The translations under genes were made by a program, and so were the position numbers. Positions 7,864 to 16,007 of a stretch of 64,000 bases of DNA are shown here, piece after piece (the first letter of the stretch is position 1; every line of letters starts with the position of its first letter). Source of the stretch: Verrucomicrobia bacterium GWF2_51_19 (lineage in GTDB: Bacteria; Verrucomicrobiota; Verrucomicrobiia; Opitutales; UBA12508); the NCBI GenBank assembly GCA_001831095.1, contig MIDP01000039.1, positions 22,621 through 86,620 on the forward strand. The letters are read 5' to 3'. A model generated the notes under the pieces. It saw only the letters and a program-made list of their open reading frames with translations. It searched no databases and was not told the DNA's origin.

Positions 7864-8985
7864 TCAGCGGCCTTTCCACAAGAGCTCAATAAAATGCAGC
7901 CATAGAAACGCGCGGAGGTGATTTTTGGGCAGAAACTGTTCGTATTGGGCGCATTTTTTAGTTGGGGCGTTGGCTAGGTGGAGGTTGTGGAGGTCAGCAT
8001 AGGAAAAGGCACCGTATTGGCGGTAGTGATCAACGGCCGCTGGAGTCAATTCCGGCAGGGATCCAAAGAGGTGCATGTGGCCGCGAACAACTTCTAAAAA
8101 CCAATCTTGTCGCATTGTCAACAGGAGGCCATTTTGCGCACCTTTTAGGGTTTTGTGCGGAATGTAAAAAGAGACGGTGGGATGTTTTTTGAAAAAGAGG
8201 CCCAGTGTTTTGGCGACACAGAAACAGCCGCTGGCGACAATGCGGTCTATAATTGGCACACTGTGCTGGACAAATGGGCTGCGTTTCGGCTTTTGGAAAG
8301 TCACCGTGGAGTCGTCGAAAGGCAGGCATTCTTTGCCATCGTGGACGCAGTTGTGCAAGACCGTCTTGGGGGGAATGTAGGTGTTTGGCGCAATCAAGAC
8401 ATTCGACAGGCGCGTTCCCTGACCGATACAGCTGCCGCGGCCGATGCGAACGTTGGGGCCAACCGTGACATGGTGTTCGATGCGGACATCCTTTTCAATC
8501 CAAATGGGGTCGCAAAACCGAATGCGTCCCCAATAGTCCCACCAAAAGGCGCAATTTTGGAGGTTGCCGCTGCTGTGCTCGCGCTGGAGCCATTGTTCAT
8601 TGAGCTGGTACCAGTACTTAATGAGTCCCTTTTGCGGCATGCTGTCTGGCGCCTTCAAGTACGGCAACCGGCTCATGACGTAGACCGAGCGATTGAGCAA
8701 TCCCGGGTGACTCGACAGGATGCGCAGGCGCAAAGAAATGTTGTGTTTTGCCAAAAAGGTGCGAATTTTTCGCGGCGATTCCGTGTATAGGTGGACCTGC
8801 GTCGCGCCCTTGTCCTTTGCGAACTGCAGCCAATGTTCCAAGAGCGAACGATCCCCCACCGGCCAGAGAACAAATGGATCGCGCGAAACGATAAGGGTGT
8901 CGAGATGCTTCCACGGAGGCGCCACCAGGCTTAAAATGCGCTCCTCACCGATTTCCCATTCCCTACTTGCCGAAAGTGCTTGCAC
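7864..8985 (-). CDS. Hexapeptide-repeat (left-handed beta-helix) protein with NTP-transferase-like N-terminus; function unknown
   Basis: 373 aa with GTG start. The central region EKDVRIEHHVTVGPNVRIGRGSCIGQGTRLSNVLIAPNTYI is an LbH repeat. The C-terminal part (IIDRIVASGCF..., GHMHLFGSLPE) faintly resembles sugar-transferase domains. Confidence 0.4.
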   Translation of the reverse strand: MQALSASREWEIGEERILSLVAPPWKHLDTLIVSRDPFVLWPVGDRSLLEHWLQFAKDKGATQVHLYTESPRKIRTFLAKHNISLRLRILSSHPGLLNRSVYVMSRLPYLKAPDSMPQKGLIKYWYQLNEQWLQREHSSGNLQNCAFWWDYWGRIRFCDPIWIEKDVRIEHHVTVGPNVRIGRGSCIGQGTRLSNVLIAPNTYIPPKTVLHNCVHDGKECLPFDDSTVTFQKPKRSPFVQHSVPIIDRIVASGCFCVAKTLGLFFKKHPTVSFYIPHKTLKGAQNGLLLTMRQDWFLEVVRGHMHLFGSLPELTPAAVDHYRQYGAFSYADLHNLHLANAPTKKCAQYEQFLPKNHLRAFLWLHFIELLWKGR

Positions 8986-9044
8986 GCACTGATATAAGCA
9001 TAAAAACGCAAGGAGTGCAATTACAAAGCCGTTGAAGCCACTCT

Positions 9045-9641
9045 CCCCTCAATCATTAGCGACATTTTATTACCGCGCATCGGTTTTCCGATGCGCCCTG
9101 GATGCGCCATTAGAGAGCTCGGCGGGTCTAGGAAGCCTTTTGTGGCGAACTCCTTCGGCGCTCGGGAGCGGCTTTGGCTGTGAAAAAACAAGATATTGAA
9201 ATGGATTTGTCGTTGTTTTTAGAAAAGAATCTTCAAATATAGTATTTTTATAAAAAGTCAAGCTTTTTCGTAAAAATTTTCGGCACGGCAGAAGCTCTTT
9301 TAATATTTACATAATCCAAAAAACAATCTCGATTCCCGCATTCTGGGCTGCATCTAGCATATGCGTTATAGCTCGATGGCTTTGATACTGCGTTGGGTAT
9401 TATATAGCTGTGTATATCGGCCCTAAATATAGCCTCGACGATTTATTGCAAAAAAGCTTGACTTTTTGTTTAAAAAATTATATCAGACATTAAATACAAA
9501 AAATGAATATTTAAAATCCCAATCAATATCAGATATTAAAAAAAGTCAGCCAAAGCCGCTCCCGAACGCAGAAGGAGTGCGCCACCAACAGATCACGAGA
9601 CCCGCCGAGTTCTCGCCAACTAAACGTCGAAGTGCAACACT
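9045..9641. repeat. L element, locus 1 (two divergent units plus central segment; right terminus missing)
   Basis: Terminus CCTCAATCATTAG at 9047-9059 and hairpin GCGCATCGG-tttt-CCGATGCGC at 9075-9096. The GC core spans 9097-9185 (minus strand). TTGACT boxes lie at 9261-9256 (minus) and 9458-9463 (plus). The locus is colinear with 24210-24600. Confidence 0.8.
9070..9261 (-). other. L-unit ORF (63 codons, TTG start inside the box); coding status unresolved
   Basis: Track ORF MTFYKNTIFEDSFLKTTTNPFQYLVFSQPKPLPSAEGVRHKRLPRPAELSNGASRAHRKTDAR. The C-terminal half is conserved with 24286..24597 and 9466..9651. No SD was seen. Confidence 0.35.
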
Positions 9642-9651
9642 TAAGACTTAG
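9466..9651 (+). other. L-unit ORF (61 codons, TTG start), diverged copy
   Basis: Track ORF ...KKSQPKPLPNAEGVRHQQITRPAEFSPTKRRSATLKT. Its tail overlaps the MNT gene 3' end on the opposite strand. Confidence 0.3.
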
Positions 9652-9928
9652 CTTGCAAGACTTCGCAGTGCTTTAAAATGTTTTTGTGGAACGATTCTGG
9701 TATCTTTTCCCAATACAGCACATCGACGCGAAAAGGCAGGTCTGAATCGTCAAACGCGGCTTTCAACTGTTGGGTTTTGTCAATTGGACTTTTAAAAACG
9801 ATGTCTAGGTCAGACGTCATTTTGGCATTTCCAAACACGCGAGAACCAAAGGCCAAAACCTCTTCTCCAGGAATTGTTTCACGCAAAATGGCCAAAACAA
9901 TCTGTAGTTCTGAAGGAGCGACCTTCAT
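9641..9928 (-). CDS. Minimal nucleotidyltransferase (MNT, HI0073-like antitoxin-type)
   Basis: 95 aa. LAFGSRVFGNAKMTSDLDIVF contains the GS...DxD polymerase-beta-type NTase motif. There is a 4-nt overlap with the upstream HEPN gene. Confidence 0.8.
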   Translation of the reverse strand: MKVAPSELQIVLAILRETIPGEEVLAFGSRVFGNAKMTSDLDIVFKSPIDKTQQLKAAFDDSDLPFRVDVLYWEKIPESFHKNILKHCEVLQAKS

Positions 9929-10326
9929 CGATTCGCTCTCTCTTCTAATTTTTTGGCCAAATACTGTACCGCTTCTAAAAACTGTGGAATGCTTTCGCAG
10001 GTCGCATTGGCAATCATAAGGTCGTAGGCATGCGTTGTCTTATTGCGCATCAGGCGGTACGCATCCCACTGGACGACACTGTCTTTTATGATTTCTGCCT
10101 CAAAGGCGTATCGAATGAGCTCCTTGAATGTTAGTGATTGGATTTCAGCAGAGACGACGTTCATCTCGAGGTATTTTTTAATCATTTTTACAGCTGCGTC
10201 ATAAGTATATTCAAAACGCTGAATGATGGAGTCTCGAACAAACTCATTTGGCGTTTTTTCATATACTTTCAAAGCCACGTCAAGCGTATCAATGGCCCTC
10301 TTTAAATGACTGACATCTAAATCCAT
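9925..10326 (-). CDS. HEPN-domain protein (HI0074-family nucleotidyltransferase substrate-binding protein, toxin-type)
   Basis: 133 aa helical protein carrying RNKTTHAYD (Rx4H HEPN motif followed by Y). Confidence 0.8.
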   Translation of the reverse strand: MDLDVSHLKRAIDTLDVALKVYEKTPNEFVRDSIIQRFEYTYDAAVKMIKKYLEMNVVSAEIQSLTFKELIRYAFEAEIIKDSVVQWDAYRLMRNKTTHAYDLMIANATCESIPQFLEAVQYLAKKLEERANR

Positions 10327-10395
10327 ATGCTACTAAAGTCTAATTCGACACCTACAGCACGGTCAAGCATCAAGAGCACGGTTTCGCAACGACTT

Positions 10396-10641
10396 TCACC
10401 GCCTCCCCATGTATTTCTCGATCAACTGGTAGAGGTAGGTGAGCTGTTCATCGTGGTCGCGGACGAACTTGGCGATCTGTTCCCGGATCTCGCGGATCTC
10501 GGCCAAAATGTCTTCTTTCAGCTCGAAGTAATCGGCCTGCAGGCCCATCTTGGTATTTTTGAGCGTGTCTTGTATCTTTTTCTCGAAAAAGTCTAATTTT
10601 TCTGCAATATCTTCGTCCGACATACTTTCAATATGAAGCAA
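10396..10641 (-). CDS. Hypothetical small coiled-coil protein
   Basis: 81 aa, E/K/D rich, with no recognisable motif. It is co-oriented with the HEPN/MNT pair. Confidence 0.35.
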   Translation of the reverse strand: MLHIESMSDEDIAEKLDFFEKKIQDTLKNTKMGLQADYFELKEDILAEIREIREQIAKFVRDHDEQLTYLYQLIEKYMGRR

Positions 10642-11190
10642 ACGGACGCCAAAGACAATAAAAAAATGGACTTTTCCGATCTCTCGAGACGAATCGACAA
10701 CTGCCCTACAACGTGGATTCGGGTGTCAATCGCGGCCCAGGCGCTTGAGCTCTGCCAACGCAACCACATACAACAGTCTTTTCCTGTCTCCACGTCGAAA
10801 AAGGAGCCATGCAACATCGAGAACTCCTTTGGGACGCCGCGCGGGCTGCACGTCATCGAGGCGAAAATCGGCGAAAAGGCTCCATGGGGCATGATTTTTG
10901 TGGATCGTGTGGCTCGCGGGAAATGTTTTTGGCAATGGCCGCCCTCGCCGGAAAGCCTCATCACAAGCCGCATTCTTCGTCTCCGAGGGCTCGAAAACGG
11001 CATCAACGCTGGCCAAGACAAGTCTGGCAATGTCTGTGATTCCTTCGCCCGCTACATCTACATTCACGGCACCAATCGCGAAGATTGCATAGGTCGGCCG
11101 TTCTCCAAGGGCTGCGTCCTCCTGAACAACGCTGACATGATCGACCTCTTTGATCGCGTCACAGAAGGGACACCTGTCTGGATATTTTAA
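10633..11190 (+). CDS. L,D-transpeptidase (YkuD domain)
   Basis: IYIHGTNREDCIGRPFSKGCVLLNNADMIDLF is the catalytic H...G.S.GC(V/I) signature. Confidence 0.8.
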   Translation: MKQTDAKDNKKMDFSDLSRRIDNCPTTWIRVSIAAQALELCQRNHIQQSFPVSTSKKEPCNIENSFGTPRGLHVIEAKIGEKAPWGMIFVDRVARGKCFWQWPPSPESLITSRILRLRGLENGINAGQDKSGNVCDSFARYIYIHGTNREDCIGRPFSKGCVLLNNADMIDLFDRVTEGTPVWIF

Positions 11191-11239
11191 AAAATTTTGT
11201 TTGCCCTTCTTACTTTTTTTGAAACCATCAATTTTCTTC

Positions 11240-11983
11240 ATGGAACAACACTCACGCGCTCATGGCCGCGAACACAACGCATTGCGGCCCATCACCTTTC
11301 AACCCAACATCGCGCCGAACGCCTCTGGGTCGGTCCTCGTTCGCTTTGGCAACACACAAGTCATCTGCGCCATCACGCTCGAGAAAAAGCTGCCCAAATG
11401 GATGCTCCGCGAGGAAAACAAGACCGGCTGGCTGTCCGCAGAATACTCGATGCTCCCCTACTCCACCCTCGAGCGTAAACAACGCGACATCTCCAAAGGC
11501 AAACTCGATGGCCGCACGGTCGAAATCCAACGCCTCATTGGCCGCAGTCTACGCGCCGTCGTCGACCTCAAGGCCCTCAACGACTACACGCTCTGGATCG
11601 ATTGCGATGTTCTCCAAGCCGACGGTGGAACGCGAACAGCGTCTATCTCAGGGGCCTATGTCGCAGCCAGTCTCGCCTTTCGCAAACTCCTCCAAACGGG
11701 CTCTCTCGCTCAAAACCCACTCAAAAGCGCCGTGGCAGCCGTAAGCGTCGGTATTCTCAACAACCAGGCCCTCCTCGACCTCGACTATCTCGAAGATAAA
11801 GACGCCGCCGTCGACTTCAACGTCGTCATGACCGACTCCGGCCAGTTTGTCGAAATACAAGGTTCCGGCGAAGAATCCACCTTTTCCGAAGACCAGCACA
11901 ACGCCCTCCTCGGCCTCGCCAAGTCCGGCATTCGCAAAATCCTTCAGCTCCAACAAGAGGCCATCGCGTCAGCGACATTTTAA
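11240..11983 (+). CDS. rph: Ribonuclease PH
   Basis: RPITFQPNIAPNASGSVLVRFGNTQVICA...DCDVLQADGGTRTASISGAYVA. Start placed at the ATG at 11240 (MEQHSRAHGR). Confidence 0.9.
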   Translation: MEQHSRAHGREHNALRPITFQPNIAPNASGSVLVRFGNTQVICAITLEKKLPKWMLREENKTGWLSAEYSMLPYSTLERKQRDISKGKLDGRTVEIQRLIGRSLRAVVDLKALNDYTLWIDCDVLQADGGTRTASISGAYVAASLAFRKLLQTGSLAQNPLKSAVAAVSVGILNNQALLDLDYLEDKDAAVDFNVVMTDSGQFVEIQGSGEESTFSEDQHNALLGLAKSGIRKILQLQQEAIASATF

Positions 11984-12082
11984 AGACTGAGGAGCGCATA
12001 TTGATCTTCAATTAAAAGTCTTAGCATCCTTAGCTGTGACTCAAACCTTATCAAAATCGGGTAAATTTTTATAGCTTCAAAG

Positions 12083-12655
12083 ATGAACTTAATCATTACA
12101 GGCGGCTTCGCCCGCAGCATTCGACTGAAGTGCCCCAAGCAGAGTGATGTCCGGCCAGCGACAGACTTTACGCGACAGGCAGTCTTTTCATCCCTAGGAG
12201 ACCTCGTGGCGGGCTCAAATGTGCTGGATGTATTTGCCGGCGTCGGGTGTTATGGCCTCGAGGCGCTCAGTCGTGGAGCTACTGCGGTTACATTTGTCGA
12301 CAAAAACCGCTTTCACTTGGCCGACCTCAATGTCAATTTGGCGGCCGTCACTCGCAACATTCCACAAAAGGTGGATGTCCGCATCGTCTGCGCTGACTTT
12401 TTCCTCTTTGTGACGAAAAACGTGCCCAATTTCGACCTCGTTTTCCTAGATCCGCCATATGCGCTTTCACTGGAACGGGCCGCCGAAATACTGCTGTTGA
12501 GCGCCGAACACCTTCACGATGGCGCGCACATCGTCTTTGAAATGCCGGCCGATCTGTTACCGCCGGAAGTGCCGTCGCTAGAGCTGCTGAAAACCTTGGG
12601 CAAGACGGGTAAAGGAAAGCCGCGTGTCGCTATTTTTAAGAAAAGACCTGTGTAA
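12083..12655 (+). CDS. rsmD: 16S rRNA (guanine966-N2)-methyltransferase
   Basis: RPATDFTRQAVFSSL, LDVFAGVGCYGLEALSRGA and the LDPPYA motif. The last codons lie in an R-arm-like sequence. Confidence 0.8.
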   Translation: MNLIITGGFARSIRLKCPKQSDVRPATDFTRQAVFSSLGDLVAGSNVLDVFAGVGCYGLEALSRGATAVTFVDKNRFHLADLNVNLAAVTRNIPQKVDVRIVCADFFLFVTKNVPNFDLVFLDPPYALSLERAAEILLLSAEHLHDGAHIVFEMPADLLPPEVPSLELLKTLGKTGKGKPRVAIFKKRPV

Positions 12656-12745
12656 ATTTTTAAGAAAAGACATGCGTAAAAGGATCTCTAGGTCTCGTTG
12701 TTTTGGTGCGCGCGAAACAAGCTTTCACAGCATTTTGCATAGGTC
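12633..12745. repeat. R2 remnant with 24-nt tandem duplication of the arm
   Basis: TTTTTAAGAAAAGACCTGTGTAAA (12633-12656) and TTTTTAAGAAAAGACATGCGTAAA (12657-12680). They are followed by GCGCGCGAAACAAGCTTTCACAGCATTTTGCATAGGTCT, an R2 right end that abuts the tRNA. Confidence 0.6.
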
Positions 12746-12823
12746 TGGGGTGGCTGACCGGGCTTGAACCGGCGACCCTCGGAACCACAATCCGATGCTC
12801 TGGCCAACTGAGCTACAACCACC
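12746..12823 (-). tRNA. tRNA-His (GUG)
   Basis: The reverse complement GGTGGTTGTAGCTCAGTTGGCCAGAGCATCGGATTGTGGTTCCGAGGGTCGCCGGTTCAAGCCCGGTCAGCCACCCCA was folded by hand. It gives a 7-bp acceptor with an extra 5' G(-1), anticodon loop TTGTGGT, a GGTTCAAGCC T-arm, discriminator C and an encoded CCA. Confidence 0.9.
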
Positions 12824-12911
12824 ACACGAAAAACGTCCTCTAACGAAAATCATCTGAGCAGCGATGTCAACGATTTTTTAGCAAAAACCAAAGACTTTAC
12901 CCAATCGCGAG

Positions 12912-13697
12912 CTAAAGAATCGAGGCAAAGAGCATCTTGGTATACTCGTGTTGCGGGTCTTTGTACAGGACATCGGCTGGCGCTTGTTCGACGACTTTCC
13001 CGCGGTTGAGAACAACAACGGTGTCGCTGACGTGCTCAATGACAGCCATATCGTGCGCAATAAAGAGATAGGTGAGATTGAGCTCAGCCTGGAGGTCTTT
13101 GAGTAAGTTGATGATTTGGGCCTGAATGGAGACGTCGAGGGCGCTGACTGGCTCATCGCAGAGGAGAATTTCGGGCTCTACGGCAAGTGCACGAGCGATG
13201 CCAATGCGCTGTCGTTGACCGCCACTGAACTCGTGTGGGTAACGATGAATGCTGTTTTTTGGCAATTGGACGAGGTCGAGGAGGCCAGCAATGCGTTTAG
13301 CGCGTCCAGTCCTTGAGAGCGAGAAGTGGATATCGAGCGGCTCGCCGATAATGCCATCAATCGTCATGCGCGGGTTCAGCGAGTTGAATGGGTCTTGAAA
13401 GACCATCTGGATTTTTTTTCGAAAGGGGAAAAAGTTTTTCTTGGAGAGCGTGTTGAGCTCGATGTTTTCGTAAAAAATGCGGCCAGCCGTGAGCGGTGCC
13501 AGTCGAATGATGCTCCGAGCGAGCGTGGTCTTTCCGCTTCCACTCTCGCCTACCAGGCCAACTGTCTTGCCTTTTGCCACCTCAAAGGAAACATCATCAA
13601 CGGCCTTGATCACGCCAATCTGTCGCCGCAAAATGCCGCTGAGAATAGGGTAATGTATGCTGAGGTTTTGGATTTTAAGAAGCGGATGCGTTTTCAT
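12912..13697 (-). CDS. Oligopeptide/dipeptide ABC transporter ATP-binding protein (OppF/DppF-like)
   Basis: Walker A GESGSGKTT, signature FSGGQRQRIGIARAL, Walker B ILLCDEP, and C-terminal opp-type tail DPQHEYTKMLF. Confidence 0.85.
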   Translation of the reverse strand: MKTHPLLKIQNLSIHYPILSGILRRQIGVIKAVDDVSFEVAKGKTVGLVGESGSGKTTLARSIIRLAPLTAGRIFYENIELNTLSKKNFFPFRKKIQMVFQDPFNSLNPRMTIDGIIGEPLDIHFSLSRTGRAKRIAGLLDLVQLPKNSIHRYPHEFSGGQRQRIGIARALAVEPEILLCDEPVSALDVSIQAQIINLLKDLQAELNLTYLFIAHDMAVIEHVSDTVVVLNRGKVVEQAPADVLYKDPQHEYTKMLFASIL

Positions 13698-14521
13698 AGA
13701 CTTTCGTAATCAATGGTCTTCAGGCGATGTTTTTTTTGGCCCAGTCGTGGAATGCAAGCGAGGAGCGCCTTGGTATATGGGTGTTTGGTGTGCTCCATGA
13801 CAGCCTGCGTAGAACCCTCTTCGACAATTTTGCCGCGAAACATCACCAAAACGCGATCCGCGAAGTTCTGGACGAGACTGAAATTGTGCGTAATCAGCAC
13901 AATAGCCATGTTGTGACGTTCGCGCAAACGCCGTAAGAGGTCGAGGATTTGCTTTTGAATGGTGACGTCGAGGGCAGTTGTAGGCTCATCGGCAATGAGT
14001 ATTTTTGGCCGGCAAGCGAGGGCCATCGCGATCATAACGCGTTGCAACATACCGCCAGAGAGCTCATGTGGGTAGGCGTCGTAGCGTTTTTCTGCCTCGT
14101 GAATACCGACTTCCTTCAGCGCTTTTACGACGCATTGACGCACTTCTCTCTCTTCTGGGAAATGCAACTTGACCGCTTCAGCGATCTGATAACCGACTGT
14201 AAAAACAGGGTTTAAGGAGGTCGACGGCTCTTGAAAAACGTAAGCTATCTCCTTCCCGCGAATGGCCTGTAGGCTCTTTTGTGGAAGTGTTAAGACGTCC
14301 TTCCCGCGATAATAGACATGTCCATCGACCTCACAAGCCGGTCGCTCTGGCAACAAACGTGTCAACGACAATGCCGTAACGGATTTCCCGCTGCCGCTTT
14401 CACCGACAATGGCCACCGTCTCTCCTGCTGCGACTTCAAACGAAATCCCGCTCACTGCAGAAACAACTTCGCCGCGCATAGAAAAGCGCACACACAAATC
14501 CATTACCTCGAGCAATTGCAT
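13694..14521 (-). CDS. Oligopeptide/dipeptide ABC transporter ATP-binding protein (OppD/DppD-like)
   Basis: [36 protein letters not shown], and C-terminal [11 protein letters not shown]. Confidence 0.85.
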   Translation of the reverse strand: MQLLEVMDLCVRFSMRGEVVSAVSGISFEVAAGETVAIVGESGSGKSVTALSLTRLLPERPACEVDGHVYYRGKDVLTLPQKSLQAIRGKEIAYVFQEPSTSLNPVFTVGYQIAEAVKLHFPEEREVRQCVVKALKEVGIHEAEKRYDAYPHELSGGMLQRVMIAMALACRPKILIADEPTTALDVTIQKQILDLLRRLRERHNMAIVLITHNFSLVQNFADRVLVMFRGKIVEEGSTQAVMEHTKHPYTKALLACIPRLGQKKHRLKTIDYESL

Positions 14522-14584
14522 TGCGTTGCAACTCTACGTTTCTTCTGAGAAATGTAAAGTGAAAAGACCGCTGTAAAAGGTCCA

Positions 14585-14638
14585 ACAATCATTAGCGAAA
14601 TTTTAAAGCGCAATGGACGTGCGATCTTTCTAATTGAG
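14585..14638 (-). repeat. L-element 3'-module fragment
   Basis: The reverse complement CTCAATTAGAAAG..N21..AAAATTTCGCTAATGATTGTTG aligns with 24542-24600 (CTCAATTAGAAAGGG...TTTTTCGCTAATGATGATTGAGG). Confidence 0.55.
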
Positions 14639-14677
14639 AATATAGGCCAAATTAAACGTCTTTAACGCTGGCCTGTT

Positions 14678-14802
14678 AATCTCGTTGTTAAAATCGCTTC
14701 CAGCGGTGTTCCGCGTCACTCGGGCTAAGTCACTTACCTCAAGTAGACTCCTGTCGCCCTCACTCCGCAGGCCTTGCTGGAAGCGATTTTAACAACGAGA
14801 TT
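14678..14802. repeat. R1 repeat, copy 3 (divergent arms)
   Basis: The 24-nt arms AATCTCGTTGTTAAAATCGCTTCC and GGAAGCGATTTTAACAACGAGATT are perfectly complementary. The core is CGGGCTAAGTCAC TTAC ctcaa GTAG ACTCCTGTCGCCC. Confidence 0.85.
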
Positions 14803-14806
14803 TAGA

Positions 14807-14843
14807 GGTTACGGGCGCTGGGGAGTACCCAGAGGCCCGTAAC
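14807..14843 (-). terminator. Stem-loop downstream of rpsT
   Basis: GGTTACGGGC..(CTGGGG agtac CCCAG)..GCCCGTAACC begins 21 nt after the rpsT stop. The U-tract is weak. Confidence 0.35.
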
Positions 14844-14863
14844 CTTGGGATGGGAGAAAAGTC

Positions 14864-15175
14864 TTAGACGCTGGCTGCTTCAACGGGCTGGCTCTGTTCT
14901 TGAGTCACGGCAGTCGTCTTTTGAAAAATGTGCTTGGAGACGGCTGACTTATGTCGGCTGGCCTTATTGGGGTGCACGATGTTAATCTTAACAGCCTTAT
15001 CGAGCGCGGAAATGTAGGCCTCGGAGCAAGCTTTAACTTCAGCTGCGTTGCCTGATTGTGCGGCCGCGGCGACTTTCTTTTGCATAGTCTTCAGCTTGCT
15101 GCGAACTTGGCGGTTGCGTTCAGTCCGTTTGATCGTTTGACGGATACTTTTTTTAGATGCCCTTTTATTAGCCAT
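14864..15175 (-). CDS. rpsT: 30S ribosomal protein S20
   Basis: MANKRASKKSIRQTIKRTERNRQVRSKLKT..., a typical S20 N-terminus; 103 aa. Confidence 0.9.
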   Translation of the reverse strand: MANKRASKKSIRQTIKRTERNRQVRSKLKTMQKKVAAAAQSGNAAEVKACSEAYISALDKAVKINIVHPNKASRHKSAVSKHIFQKTTAVTQEQSQPVEAASV

Positions 15176-15234
15176 TTGAAAATTTTCCTGATTGAGTTGC
15201 GTTATCCTTGAGAAGTTATGTTTTTTGTCAAATA

Positions 15235-15987
15235 TTATTTTTCTAATTTTTCCAACAGGACGTCATCGATGTAGAAATTGGCAAAGACGCTCTTAACGTC
15301 TTCGAGTTCTTCTAATTTTTCCACCAATTTGAGGATTTTTGCGGCCGTCGCTTCATCGGTGATCGATACGAGGTTGCTCGGGATGTAGGCGACTTCGGAC
15401 GAGTCTGTTTTAATCTTTTTGTCTGAAAAGACGCGGACGAGGTTGTCAAAGTCGTTGATGGCGCAGATGACTTCGAAGTGATCACCCTTGTTGACGACGT
15501 CTTCGGCACCAGCCTCTAATGCGAGTTCCATGAGTGCGTTTTCGTCAACGGCCTCGGTGTCTAGGAGAAACTGGCCTTTTCGCTGGAAATTGAAGGCCAG
15601 TGCGCCAGCTCCGGCGAGGTTTCCACCCCACTTGCCGAGAGTGCTGCGGACTTCCGATGCGCTACGGTTTTTGTTGTCGGTCGTGACTTCAATAATGATG
15701 CCAACGCCACCCTGTGCGTAGCCCTCGTACGTAAGCTCCTCGATGAGCGTACCGGCAATTTCGCCCGTACCTTTTTTGATAGCGCGGTCGATGTTGTCGG
15801 CGGGCATATTGGCTTCCTTGGCCTTCAATATCAACGTTCGAATGCGTGGGTTGAACTCGGGATCGCCGCCGCCTGAACGTGCTGCGATGGTAAGCTCTTT
15901 GCTCAAAATGCTGAAAATCTTACCGCGTTTTGCGTCGATGACCGCCTTGTGGCGTTTGGTCGTTGCCCATTTGCTGTGTCCGGACAT
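15235..15987 (-). CDS. yebC: YebC/PmpR-family transcriptional regulator
   Basis: MSGHSKWATTKRHKAVIDAKRGKIFS...PADNIDRAIKKGTGE. Confidence 0.9.
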   Translation of the reverse strand: MSGHSKWATTKRHKAVIDAKRGKIFSILSKELTIAARSGGGDPEFNPRIRTLILKAKEANMPADNIDRAIKKGTGEIAGTLIEELTYEGYAQGGVGIIIEVTTDNKNRSASEVRSTLGKWGGNLAGAGALAFNFQRKGQFLLDTEAVDENALMELALEAGAEDVVNKGDHFEVICAINDFDNLVRVFSDKKIKTDSSEVAYIPSNLVSITDEATAAKILKLVEKLEELEDVKSVFANFYIDDVLLEKLEK

Positions 15988-16007
15988 AGTTTAGATCGGT
16001 TGAAAGA

